This document shows, piece by piece, positions 46,717-56,537 of a stretch of DNA of 64,000 nucleotides. Position 1 is the first letter of the stretch, and every line of letters starts with the position of its first letter. Source of the stretch: Minisyncoccota bacterium. GTDB lineage: Bacteria > Patescibacteriota > Minisyncoccia > Phycocordibacterales > PALSA-1337. A program made the position numbers and the translations under genes. Where the stretch lies: NCBI GenBank assembly GCA_036516895.1, contig DATDZD010000002.1, forward strand, positions 13,769 to 77,768. Reading direction: 5' to 3'. The notes under the pieces are model-generated. The model was not told the origin of the DNA and searched no databases. It saw only the letters and a program-made list of their open reading frames with translations.

Positions 46717-47823
46717 ATGAGAATAGAATGTGCACAAGATAAATTAAAAGAAGCAATAACTCTAGCCGACCATATTTCAGGAAAACATATGACTCTTCCT
46801 GTTTTATCTTGTATTCTTCTTGAAACAAATAAAAACAATACTTTAACTATAAAAGCTACAAATCTTGATTTAGGTATAGAGATTACAATCCCCGCCAAAA
46901 TCACAGAACAAGGAGTGGTCGCTATACCAAGTGGAATATTTTCTTCTTTTATAAATAATATATCTGAAGGAGAAAAAAGTGTTAAATTTGAGACCCAAGA
47001 TAATAATATAAAAATAAACACCCCAAAAAGCTCTGGAACCATAAAAACCTTACCACATGAAGATTTCCCCAGTATTCCTCGTATAACAAGCAAAAATACC
47101 TTTTTATTAAATTCTTCAGATTTTATAAAAGGATTAAAATCAGTATGGTACAGCTCATCTATTTCAAGTATAAAGCCAGAATTATCAAGTGTTTATATTT
47201 ATTGTGAGGATGAATTTGTTATATTTGTAGCCACGGACTCATTTCGTTTGGCTGAAAAAAAGGTAAAAATAAAGAAAAGTAAGGATTTTGGTCAAATACT
47301 CATACCTCATAAAAATATTCCTGAAATATTAAGAACTTTAGAGAATATACAAGGAGAAATAGATATTGAACTTGAAAAAAATCAAATATCTTTTAGTCGC
47401 GATGGTTTGTATCTTGTCTCCCGTGTTATTGATGGTATATTTCCAGATTACAAACAGATTATTCCAAAACAAAATGAAACTGAAGTTACAATACTTAAGC
47501 AGGATCTCATAAATGCTCTTAAATTATCAAATATTTTTTCAGATAAATTTAATCAAATAAATATAAAAGTCGCTCCATCCTCCAAAAAATGCGAAATTAG
47601 GACAAAAAATAATGATATTGGAGAAAATGTAACTATTTTTGATGCTGTTGTTACTGGGGAGTCAGTAGATATAAATTTTAATTATAAATATATTATTGAT
47701 AGTTTTCAATCCATTGATTCTGATAGCTTAACTCTCACTTTTAATGGATTACACAAACCAATGATTATTACTCCAGTATCGGATAATACCTTTAGATATA
47801 TAGTAATGCCTATGAATAGATAG
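46717..47823 (+). CDS. dnaN: DNA polymerase III beta sliding clamp
   Basis: 368 aa. MRIECAQDKLKEAITLADHISGKHMTLPVLSCILLET... has the three-domain beta-clamp pattern and lies directly after dnaA. Confidence 0.9.
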   Translation: MRIECAQDKLKEAITLADHISGKHMTLPVLSCILLETNKNNTLTIKATNLDLGIEITIPAKITEQGVVAIPSGIFSSFINNISEGEKSVKFETQDNNIKINTPKSSGTIKTLPHEDFPSIPRITSKNTFLLNSSDFIKGLKSVWYSSSISSIKPELSSVYIYCEDEFVIFVATDSFRLAEKKVKIKKSKDFGQILIPHKNIPEILRTLENIQGEIDIELEKNQISFSRDGLYLVSRVIDGIFPDYKQIIPKQNETEVTILKQDLINALKLSNIFSDKFNQINIKVAPSSKKCEIRTKNNDIGENVTIFDAVVTGESVDINFNYKYIIDSFQSIDSDSLTLTFNGLHKPMIITPVSDNTFRYIVMPMNR

Positions 47824-47830
47824 GGAATTT

Positions 47831-48118
47831 GTGAATAATAGGAATATTATAAGTAATATAATGAAAAGTATATCGGGATTTTTTGATAGACATAGAAATA
47901 GAGCTATAGCCGAAATACAAAACCGTATTCTAATTGCAGAAATAATAAAAAAACACATAGGAGTAGATTTGAAAATAGAAGAAATTGTCATTTCGTCAGG
48001 AATATTAAGAATAAAGTCGTCACTTATTATAAAAAATGAAATTTTTATAAAAAAAACACAAATTCTAAAAGAAATAAATCAAAAAATAAATAATCTAAAG
48101 ATAATTGATATTGCGTAG
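47831..48118 (+). CDS. DUF721-like small protein (DciA-like candidate) downstream of dnaN
   Basis: 95 aa. GILRIKSSLIIKNEIFIKKTQILKEINQKINNLKIIDI matches the DUF721 core pattern (G.L.v...s..w..el......ll.kl). Being next to dnaN is typical for this family. Confidence 0.45.
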   Translation: MNNRNIISNIMKSISGFFDRHRNRAIAEIQNRILIAEIIKKHIGVDLKIEEIVISSGILRIKSSLIIKNEIFIKKTQILKEINQKINNLKIIDIA

Positions 48119-48180
48119 GTAGTATGTAATCTCTCCTGTGCACAATTTAATTTTATTAAATTGTTTTACTCTTGTGTGTT

Positions 48181-50709
48181 TTATTCTTGGACAATAATAT
48201 CAACAACCGCTTCTCCAGTATTAAGCATATTGTCATAAACTATCACTCTTATGGTATTTTTTCCTTGGCTAGCTCCAATATTTTGTGGTATAAAATTAAG
48301 TATTTTAGGGTCTTGTTCGCTCAATGAAAGATATCGGTCATTTAGATATAGTTCCGTTTTTTTGATTGGATATTTTCCTGTTATAAGTAATTCTATTTGT
48401 ACTTTTGATTTTTGATTAAAAGTTGTATTGGGTATTGGCGAATTTATTTTTACTTTTGGAGAATTGGCTTGGGTATGAATATCATCTATATCTATTGGGA
48501 TGTCTGCTAATATAGCTTCCACAAAGCCTGGATTGTTCTTTTTCCAATTCTCAAACCAGTTTCTAACCCCATATTCCCAGTATTCGTATTGAGAATCGGA
48601 CTTAGGGTCTTTTGGTATATCTCCATTAGGATTATCTTTATCTACCCAGTGAAGAATGGAGTGAACGCTATTTATTATCATCTGTTGTTGTGTTTCTAGG
48701 GGGGTGTCTTTTGTAGCTACCTTTTTTGAAATTGAATCTATGTTATATGAAATACCACCTTTCCATATTCCACTTAATACTGGCTTAAGGTCTATGGGTA
48801 GCGGTTCTGGTTTTTTGAAATATTCTTTTGGGATATAATCATTTATTTCTGACATAAAAGCTCCCCAGACGGGAGAAATGACAAGTCCAGCCACTTTTTT
48901 ACCCATAGAAGTATTGTCATTTTTTCCCGCCCAAGCTCCCACCACTATGTTTGGAGTATATCCTTCTATCCAGACATCGCGATAATCATTTGTAGTACCT
49001 GTTTTTATGGCTACCTGTTTGCCACCCAGAGCGTCACCTATAGGTATAAGACTAGACATGCGGACTTTGGTATCAGAAAGAATATCGGATATTTGGCGGG
49101 CAATCTGGGCGGGTATAACCTGATTTGGATAATCTCTCGCTTCTTCAATAATATTTCCAGAGCTATCTTCTACTTTTAATATTGACCTGTACGGATTTCT
49201 TATCCCATCATTTGCAAATACTCCATAAGCGCTAGTTAGCTCCAAAAGAGAAACCTCTCCACCTCCAAGAACCAGAGTTAATCCATAACGGTCAGGGTCG
49301 TTCAAGCTAGTTATACCCATAGCTTTTGCTGTTACTAGCGATTCTTTTATACCTGCTAAATAAAGGGCTTTTACCGCTGGAATATTACGAGAATGAGCTA
49401 ATGCTTCTCTTATGGTAAGAGGACCTTCATAAAGTCCATCATATTCTTCAGGAGTGTAGCATTTTTTAAGGTCAGTTTTTTCATTTTTTGGTTTTCCTTC
49501 TATTGTACATTCTGTAGAAAATTCTGTTTGAACATCAAAAAGAACTGTATCTGGAGTATACCCTTTCATAAAAGCAGTAGCGTAAACGAATGGTTTAAAT
49601 GTAGAACCTGGCTGGCGGTATGCTGTAGTAACATTGAAATTACCATCTATTTTTGTATCAAAATAATCTCTTGAGCCAACCATAGTCAAAATGTCCCCGT
49701 TCTTAGGATTTATGGCTATCATTGCTGTATTGCTGGCATTGAACTGAGATTCAAGATTTGGAGAGAATTTTTTTATAACTTTCTCTGCTTTTTCCTGTAT
49801 ACTATAGTCAAGAGTGGTTATGACTTTTAATCCACCTTCGTCCACCATATCCTGACCGTACTTTTGAATCAAATAATCTCTTACATAAAGAGAAAAATGA
49901 GGAGCTCTAATGCCAGAAGTATTTTTTTCCAAAAACTGCACTTTTTCCTTTATGGCAGAATCATATTCTTTGTTTGTAATATAGCCATATTCTTTCATTT
50001 TATTTAATACAAGTTTTTGTCTAACATCTAGACGGTCTTTGTTTTTGCCATAAGGAGAATAGAAAGTGGGGGCTTGAGGTATGGCCGCAATATATGCTGA
50101 TTCGGCTATAGTCACATCTTTTGCTGATTTTCCAAAAAATGTTTTGCTAGCTTCTTCAACTCCATAAATATTTCCACCATAAGGACTTTCATTCAAATAA
50201 GTTTCAAATATCTGGTCTTTTGTCAGTATTTTTTCTATTTTTAGGGCTAGAATCCACTCTTTTAATTTTCTGGTGATAGTTTTATCTTGAGTCAACACAG
50301 AATTCTTTATGACTTGTTGGGTTATAGTAGAGCCACCCTGAACAAGACCTCCTCCTGTAATATTGGCGATGATAGCTCTAAGTATAGAAGCTGGTTGTAT
50401 GCCATGATGCCTGTAGAACTCAACATCTTCTACTGAAATGGTGGCATCTTTTATATATTTAGAAATGTCTTCAAATGGAATAATAGTGCGCTTAGCATCA
50501 CTATGAATATCATATAGCAATATTTCCCCAGTCCTATCATATATTTTTGTTGATTGAGCCACTTTACGAGCTTCAAAAGCGCTTAAGTCTGGTATCTGTA
50601 GAGTAGAAAACCAAATAGCTCCTAATCCAATTAAAATAAGAGCCACGGATAAACAAAATAATATGAGTGACTTTATGTGTTTTAGCCACCATGGACGGCG
50701 TCGCGACAT
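48181..50709 (-). CDS. Penicillin-binding protein 1A (bifunctional glycosyltransferase/transpeptidase) with a long C-terminal extension
   Basis: N-terminal TM. The GT51 motifs are EDVEFYRHHGI and GGSTITQQVIKN. The transpeptidase motifs are SxxK (PGSTFKP), SRN and KTGT (VAIKTGTTND). Confidence 0.85.
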   Translation of the reverse strand: MSRRRPWWLKHIKSLILFCLSVALILIGLGAIWFSTLQIPDLSAFEARKVAQSTKIYDRTGEILLYDIHSDAKRTIIPFEDISKYIKDATISVEDVEFYRHHGIQPASILRAIIANITGGGLVQGGSTITQQVIKNSVLTQDKTITRKLKEWILALKIEKILTKDQIFETYLNESPYGGNIYGVEEASKTFFGKSAKDVTIAESAYIAAIPQAPTFYSPYGKNKDRLDVRQKLVLNKMKEYGYITNKEYDSAIKEKVQFLEKNTSGIRAPHFSLYVRDYLIQKYGQDMVDEGGLKVITTLDYSIQEKAEKVIKKFSPNLESQFNASNTAMIAINPKNGDILTMVGSRDYFDTKIDGNFNVTTAYRQPGSTFKPFVYATAFMKGYTPDTVLFDVQTEFSTECTIEGKPKNEKTDLKKCYTPEEYDGLYEGPLTIREALAHSRNIPAVKALYLAGIKESLVTAKAMGITSLNDPDRYGLTLVLGGGEVSLLELTSAYGVFANDGIRNPYRSILKVEDSSGNIIEEARDYPNQVIPAQIARQISDILSDTKVRMSSLIPIGDALGGKQVAIKTGTTNDYRDVWIEGYTPNIVVGAWAGKNDNTSMGKKVAGLVISPVWGAFMSEINDYIPKEYFKKPEPLPIDLKPVLSGIWKGGISYNIDSISKKVATKDTPLETQQQMIINSVHSILHWVDKDNPNGDIPKDPKSDSQYEYWEYGVRNWFENWKKNNPGFVEAILADIPIDIDDIHTQANSPKVKINSPIPNTTFNQKSKVQIELLITGKYPIKKTELYLNDRYLSLSEQDPKILNFIPQNIGASQGKNTIRVIVYDNMLNTGEAVVDIIVQE

Positions 50710-50737
50710 GGCAAAATTGTACCATACATGTTAGATT

Positions 50738-51958
50738 ATGTGCATGTTTGGAGTAAAAAAGACGGAAATAATAACTGATGAAAAAAAGATAGACGAGCTT
50801 CTTTCTCGTGGGGTAGAGGAAGTGATAGAGAAAGATAAGCTCTTATCTAAATTGAAAAGCGGTAAACAATTGCGTATAAAGTTGGGGATTGACCCAACAA
50901 GTTCAAATATTCATATTGGGCGTACTATTCCATTACTCAAGCTTCGCGATTTCCAAGAGCTTGGTCATAAAATAGTTTTGATAATTGGAGACTTTACAGC
51001 AGTGATAGGGGATACTTCCGATAAAGAAAGCGAAAGACCAATGCTTACAGAGGTACAGGTAAAAAAGAATTTAGAAAATTATATAGACCAAGTTGGAAAA
51101 GTTATAGACATTACTAAATGTGAAATACATTACAATAGTAAATGGCTTAGCAATCTTAGTTATAATGAAATATGCAAACAAGCCGATGTATTTTCTTTGA
51201 GCGATTTCATCTCCAGAGAGAATATAAAGAAACGACTAGATACAGGAAAAAGAATTTCATTGCGAGAATTGATGTACCCCTTGATGCAAGGATATGATTC
51301 GGTTGCTATAAAATCCGATGTGGAGATTGGCGGTACTGACCAGAGATTCAATCTTCTTGCCGGAAGAGAATTGCAGAGATATTACAAACAAGAACCACAG
51401 GATATTATTACAAACCCACTAGTTGAAGGTCTGGATGGCAGGAAAATGAGTTCAAGTTGGGGAAATACAATCAATTTATTAGATTTTGCAAATGATATGT
51501 ATGGAAAAGTCATGTCTTTGCACGACAATTTTATTATCAAATATTTCACCCTGACCACCAGAGTAGGTCTTGATATTATAGAAAATTACAAAACAGCTCT
51601 GGTTTCAGGCACAAATCCAAAAGATATAAAAATGAAACTGGCTTATGAGCTTGTAAGATTGTATTTTTCTGATAATGAAGCGAAAAAAGCCGAAAAATAT
51701 TTTACAAACACTTTTAGCAGAAAAGAAGTTCCAGAAGATGTTATGGAAATAGTCACTTCAAAAGGAGCAGATATAAAAGACCTTCTTGTAGAATCAAAAA
51801 TAGTTTCTTCAAATGCAGAGTGGCGACGGCTGGTGGAAGGGAATGCTGTGTCTATTGTCGGCACAGAAGAAGTAATAAAAGATTCATTTATAAAAGCAGA
51901 AAATACTCAAGTTTTTCGTATTGGTAAAAAGAGGTTTGTGAAGGTGGTGGTGAGGTAG
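50738..51958 (+). CDS. tyrS: Tyrosyl-tRNA synthetase
   Basis: Class I HIGH motif (GIDPTSSNIHIGR), a KMSSS variant of KMSKS, and a C-terminal S4-like domain (GNAVSIVGTEEV...RIGKKRFVKVVV). Confidence 0.8.
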   Translation: MCMFGVKKTEIITDEKKIDELLSRGVEEVIEKDKLLSKLKSGKQLRIKLGIDPTSSNIHIGRTIPLLKLRDFQELGHKIVLIIGDFTAVIGDTSDKESERPMLTEVQVKKNLENYIDQVGKVIDITKCEIHYNSKWLSNLSYNEICKQADVFSLSDFISRENIKKRLDTGKRISLRELMYPLMQGYDSVAIKSDVEIGGTDQRFNLLAGRELQRYYKQEPQDIITNPLVEGLDGRKMSSSWGNTINLLDFANDMYGKVMSLHDNFIIKYFTLTTRVGLDIIENYKTALVSGTNPKDIKMKLAYELVRLYFSDNEAKKAEKYFTNTFSRKEVPEDVMEIVTSKGADIKDLLVESKIVSSNAEWRRLVEGNAVSIVGTEEVIKDSFIKAENTQVFRIGKKRFVKVVVR

Positions 51959-52207
51959 GCGTATTATTATAAGGAGACTGACTTATTAATTAAATTAATT
52001 GTATGGATTTTAATATCATCGCTACGATTCTGAGTATTATTGCAAGTATTGTATTTATGATTGCTGCATATATGACACGAAAAGATCGAAATGAAATTCG
52101 TAAAGTTGTAACTAAAATAAATACTACTAATTTTGGAAATTTTTCAGGAAACATATCTCATTTAAATGCTGGGGCTGGTTTTGATTTTTCACATAAATAA
52201 ACACAAA

Positions 52208-52672
52208 ATGTTAGAAAGAAAACAAAAATTGCTTGAATTGGAAAAGACTAATAAATATTTTTTCCACGGCTCAGAAAAAGAAATAGATATATTTAAACCA
52301 CATCAAGCATATAACTGGCGGAATGGGGTAAAAGAAAAGGATGGCGAACCAGCGACCTTTGCATCCCCATCAGTTAACTACGCTATCTTTATGGCTATTT
52401 TTAACAAAAAGAATTGCCCAAATGAATTAAAGTCTGGAGTAAAAGTTTCTGCAGAAAATATAGAGAGTAATAAGTTTGAAATTACTTTTGAAACTAGTAG
52501 AGGAACTTTAGCGAATCTCGTCACTAATGCAACTGGATATGTCTATGTTTTTGATAGGAAAGATTTCCCAAAAAGAAATAGCCCAGCAGAATATATGTCA
52601 CACTCGGAAGTAACTCCTTTAGAAAAAATTCTGGTTACAAAAGAAGATTTATCTAAATTGGCCATATTATGA
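52208..52672 (+). CDS. Hypothetical protein
   Basis: Start taken at MLERKQKLL inside the track ORF 52166..52672. No family recognised. Its stop overlaps the ATG of the next gene (ATGA). Confidence 0.4.
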   Translation: MLERKQKLLELEKTNKYFFHGSEKEIDIFKPHQAYNWRNGVKEKDGEPATFASPSVNYAIFMAIFNKKNCPNELKSGVKVSAENIESNKFEITFETSRGTLANLVTNATGYVYVFDRKDFPKRNSPAEYMSHSEVTPLEKILVTKEDLSKLAIL

Positions 52673-53317
52673 AAATAGAATTTACATACGACATAAACAA
52701 AGACATCGAGAACTTTATCAATGGAACGAGAGCGGTAAACAGCAAAAAACCGACAAAAGTTTCAGACCTCATTTTCTGAAAAGTATGGTGATACTTTTAA
52801 AGTAGAAAAGGTCAAAGCGTTCATAGAGGAACAAGATAAAACAAACAACTTTGATGCGAATAAAGAAATTGTTGCTGTTGAAGAAAGGTGGAAAATTGCC
52901 GAACCTGTTTTCATTGAGCGAGTAGAAAAGATATTTGGCATTTCCTACCCCGTGCCGATTATTACCGTTTATTTGACCCATAATGAGCGTTGCACCTACA
53001 ACATCGAGCAGGACTACTTTTTCGTCAGAATTGGCTCGGAATTTTCCAATAACACGATAATGCACGAACTTTTGCATTTCTACACTTGGCACGCTTTCGG
53101 TAAAAAGTTATTGGACGAAGGGCTTTCAAAATTGACATACAACAATATTAAAGAATCTTTAACTGAAATTTTGAATCTTGAGTTTTTCGATTTGCTGAAA
53201 GGGAAGCCCGATAGTGGCTATCCACAACATCAGGAAATGCGTACTAAAGTCAAAAAAATATGGCTGGAGAAGAAAGATGTGAAACCGGTTATTGATGGTA
53301 TTCTTGGAGATGAATAA
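52669..53317 (+). pseudogene. HExxH-motif (putative zinc metallopeptidase-like) protein gene interrupted by a frameshift in an A6 homopolymer
   Basis: Frame A (MKIEFTYDINKDIENFINGTRAVNSKKPTKVSDLIF*) stops at 52777. Frame +1 reads through from just after the A6 run at 52744-52749 (NRQKFQTSFSEKYGD...TIMHELLHFYTWH...ILGDE) to 53317. Deleting one A would fuse them into about 215 aa. Confidence 0.45.
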
Positions 53318-53480
53318 TTTAAGAAATAAAATTTTTAAAATAGAAGATATTCAAGAATTATTCGCATCGGTAAAAGACAATTTGTAAAAATTATGACGAA
53401 ATAGAAGTATTACTATAAAAATAATCATCTGACAACAAAATCTCCACTTCCCGCAAGGGGATTTTTTGTTGTGTAAACTA

Positions 53481-53535
53481 AATTTTATCAAAATTTTATT
53501 ATTTTTTCATTAAAACTTTATCTCGGTTTGATATG
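53481..53535 (+). promoter_or_regulatory. Second copy of the conserved upstream motif ATTTTATCAAAATTTTA...TTTATCTCGGTTTGATA, 45 bp before the gene at 53580
   Basis: See the alignment with 25146-25200. Confidence 0.35.
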
Positions 53536-53579
53536 GTTTCTAAGTAATTTACATTATTAGCTTAAAAACACATATTATT

Positions 53580-53948
53580 ATGGAAACACAAACAGGTATA
53601 GGAGAATTTGGACCAATTTATGAAGGAATAAAAGGAAAATATGCTATAGATTTTTTATTGAAAAAGAAATCTGGGGAAGTTCCTGGTGCAATGAAAAGAA
53701 AAGAATTGGGAAATATTGATTTTATTTATGGAAAGCAGGGTGAGCAAGGTTACGGATTAGCTCATATTGAAGAATATCATCCAGATGTTCTTCCTTATCT
53801 TGTGTCAATTATTCAACATGGAGAAATATTCAAGCAAGCTAAAGATCGCATTATTATTGTTCATAAAGTTCCTTTAGAAAAAGGGGTGGCCGTGATAAGA
53901 CTGGATTGGAATGGTATACGGAAACAGTGGCTTGTTAGTGCTTTTTAA
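53580..53948 (+). CDS. Hypothetical protein
   Basis: 122 aa with no recognised family. It is preceded by the conserved motif shared with comM. Confidence 0.45.
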   Translation: METQTGIGEFGPIYEGIKGKYAIDFLLKKKSGEVPGAMKRKELGNIDFIYGKQGEQGYGLAHIEEYHPDVLPYLVSIIQHGEIFKQAKDRIIIVHKVPLEKGVAVIRLDWNGIRKQWLVSAF

Positions 53949-54374
53949 ACGAAATCAACCCACATCCTTAGGGGATATGGGTCGCTTGCGAATTTCAGCC
54001 CCTCAAGCGATTTACATTGATTTGAGAGTAATATTATAATAACACACCGTTCTTAATAAAATCAATCAAAAATAACAATCCTACTCCTCCCATCTATCTT
54101 TGAAAGGATTTACTTCTTCTTCGTCCAATATTGCATCTTCCTCCAATTCTTCATCAACCTCTTCTCCCACGGCAGTTTCTGGGTCAATGATTTTTTCTTC
54201 AGCGTCAATTTCTATTATTTTTTCTTCTTCAGTGGGTCTTGTATTATTTTGTTCTTTTGTTTTAGGCATATCTTTTTGCTATTTTACTACTTTATTTAAT
54301 TTAATTTTTCCAATTGATAACTGGTTAATTATTTTATTTCCATAGTTGTAACAAAATGTCGCTTTTTTTGCAAA

Positions 54375-54950
54375 CTACCCTACCTGTGGAAAACTTTTTC
54401 CTTGGTGGGCTATGCAGGTCAGAGCCACTGCTATGGCGTCATATTCATCATCTTGTATTTTCTCATGATTTTTTCTATTGTCCACACTATTGTTTTTCTT
54501 TCTGTCCTTTTCAGTATCTTTTTTATTGTCTTTCTTATCGGTTTTCCTACTCATTTCCACCAAAAGAGGCAACATTTTTATAATCTGACTTTTATCGCTT
54601 GTACCATGTCCTGTCACAGCTATTTTTACTTGCAAGGGGGTGTATTCAAATATTGGAATATTGTTTTTAATAGCTTCATAAGATATAACCCCTTTAGCTT
54701 CAGCTACTCTCATGGCGGTTTTTTGGTTCTTTGTTATAAAGAGAGATTCAATAGCCATGGCGTCTGGACAGTGCTTCTCTATAATGTCGGCGATTTTGTT
54801 TCCAACTTTTCCCAGTCTTGTATAAAAAGGGTCTTTTGAGGAAGTTTGCAAACATTCCGAATAAAGCAGAGTTTCTTTTTGTTTAATATTTTTCTCAACT
54901 ATAGATATCCCAACTCGGTCATATCCAGGGTCAATTCCAAGTATTTTCAT
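54375..54950 (-). CDS. ruvC: Crossover junction endodeoxyribonuclease RuvC with a Lys-rich C-terminal tail
   Basis: MKILGIDPGYDRVGISIV...AMAIESLFITKNQKTAMRVAEAKG...VTGHGTSDKSQI gives the RuvC catalytic D/E/D pattern. Confidence 0.85.
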   Translation of the reverse strand: MKILGIDPGYDRVGISIVEKNIKQKETLLYSECLQTSSKDPFYTRLGKVGNKIADIIEKHCPDAMAIESLFITKNQKTAMRVAEAKGVISYEAIKNNIPIFEYTPLQVKIAVTGHGTSDKSQIIKMLPLLVEMSRKTDKKDNKKDTEKDRKKNNSVDNRKNHEKIQDDEYDAIAVALTCIAHQGKSFPQVG

Positions 54951-55031
54951 ATTATTTCATTTAATTATTTTTTTCTATCCTAATTAAATCTATAATTTCT
55001 AGTTATTTTTAAGTATTTATTATCAGTATAA

Positions 55032-55562
55032 CTACTCAGCATTTGTAAATACATTTTGAACTTCATCATTTTCTTCAATTTCTTCTACTAGGGCATGAAG
55101 TTTGGAAATATCTGCTTCTTCAAGAGGTATTTCATTGTTTGCTTTCCAGCCATCGTGTGTTTTTGTAAATGCCCAAACGGCACTTCCTTGCGCTGCAAGT
55201 TCACAACCATGTTTTGAGAGTATATGTTTAATTTCTTGTGCCGCCTTATTTCTATTATCAGTTAGTGCTTCAATAAGAATGGCTGTTCCTCCCGGACCAT
55301 AAGATTCATACATCACTGTTTCCATAGCTATGCTATTATCCGTCACGGCTTTCTTGATAGCTCGTTCTATAGTGTCATTTGGCATATTTTCTTTCCTCGC
55401 TTTTTCTATAGCCATTGCCAATCCCGGGGATTTCATATTTCCACCTGCTTTCTTGGCTTCTACTGTTATCAATCTGACATATTTACCAAAAGATTTGCTC
55501 CTCTGAGCATCGTTTTTGGCTTTCTGATGTTTTATCTTTGAAAATTTATTATGTCCGGACAT
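55032..55562 (-). CDS. yebC: YebC/PmpR family probable transcriptional regulator (short form)
   Basis: MSGHNKFSKIKHQKAKNDAQRSKSFGKYVRLITVEAKKAGGNMKSPGLAMAIEKARKENMPNDTIERAIKK matches the YebC N-terminal signature. It lies upstream of ruvC as in many bacteria. Confidence 0.75.
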   Translation of the reverse strand: MSGHNKFSKIKHQKAKNDAQRSKSFGKYVRLITVEAKKAGGNMKSPGLAMAIEKARKENMPNDTIERAIKKAVTDNSIAMETVMYESYGPGGTAILIEALTDNRNKAAQEIKHILSKHGCELAAQGSAVWAFTKTHDGWKANNEIPLEEADISKLHALVEEIEENDEVQNVFTNAE

Positions 55563-55570
55563 GGGGGTAT

Positions 55571-56434
55571 TTATGGTTTTAATTTTTTTAGCACCTCTTT
55601 TATTTCTTCTTTTTGTTTTTTCTGTAGCTCTTTCATTTCTCTCTTGTGTCTCGCCGTCATCTTTTTTATATCCTCTGCAGATGGCAATGATTCTGGATAA
55701 ATGTTTGACTTAATCAACACCCCTCTGATGTTCCTATTATTTGTTACATGCTCATTAAGTATACTACCTTTTCCTTGTAGGTCTTTTCTTTTTGTATTTT
55801 CGGTAGTTATAGCTGTTGCAAATTCTTTTGCTGAGATTGTTACCTCTGGTAAAATGTCTGCAAGCGGTGCATTTTTCTTTGCACCAAGTCTCCTTTTCAT
55901 ATCTTCTGTTGTTTTTCCACCAAATAGTGCCTTGTCACCAAAGCTTCGTATTTCAGATATACCACGACCATCTACACCTCTACCGAATACTAATACGGCG
56001 AAAGCCTTTTCAGTAATGGTTAGCTTTTCTCTAGCGCTAATTCTCTTGAGTTCTGCTATTCTTTGTTCAATCATTTCCATCTTTCTGGTTTGTGTTACAA
56101 AATATGCTTGTGCAAAGGCAATTTCTGTTTTTCGAGGATCTCCATTAAGAGTAATTAGATAACAAGCGTATCTAGTCAGCTTAATATCTGGTATTTCTTG
56201 CTTCGTGTTTTTTCCAACAATTATTAGCTTCGTGACGTCACGAAAGTGATCCGCAACAGAACCCCTGGCATTTTTACAAGCTTCTTTTGCTCTCACGATA
56301 GCCGTCTCAAAGTTTTCCCAACGCAAATAACCCAATAAAGGATACAAATCTCGTGCATACCAATACTCTACGCCATTTTCACGACGGACATTATCAAAAG
56401 TTTTGTATAGAATTTGTAATTGAGTATTTTCCAT
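55571..56434 (-). CDS. DinD / Bro-N (KilA-N-like) domain protein
   Basis: The N-terminus NGVEYWYARDLYPLLGYLRWENFETAIVRAKEACK resembles Bro-N/DinD antirepressor-like domains, and a Lys-rich coiled-coil tail follows. The family call is from memory. Confidence 0.45.
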   Translation of the reverse strand: MENTQLQILYKTFDNVRRENGVEYWYARDLYPLLGYLRWENFETAIVRAKEACKNARGSVADHFRDVTKLIIVGKNTKQEIPDIKLTRYACYLITLNGDPRKTEIAFAQAYFVTQTRKMEMIEQRIAELKRISAREKLTITEKAFAVLVFGRGVDGRGISEIRSFGDKALFGGKTTEDMKRRLGAKKNAPLADILPEVTISAKEFATAITTENTKRKDLQGKGSILNEHVTNNRNIRGVLIKSNIYPESLPSAEDIKKMTARHKREMKELQKKQKEEIKEVLKKLKP

Positions 56435-56537
56435 TACTCAATTTTATCACTAGAAAATATTCTGTAAACTTATCAGAGAGAATTAGTTGTTCTGTAATTT
56501 TTTCTTAGGGTAATATAATGAATATATTTTTGTATTT

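Noticed and set aside
50738-51958. Archaeal or eukaryotic-type TyrRS because of the KMSSS motif
   Set aside because: The C-terminal S4-like domain is bacterial-type. The KMSSS variant alone is insufficient evidence, so it is noted only as a minor curiosity.
54081-54269. 62 aa acidic ORF (MPKTKEQNNTRPTEEEK...)
   Set aside because: A short, low-complexity Glu/Asp-rich sequence in a spacer that also has hairpins. There is insufficient evidence to call a gene.
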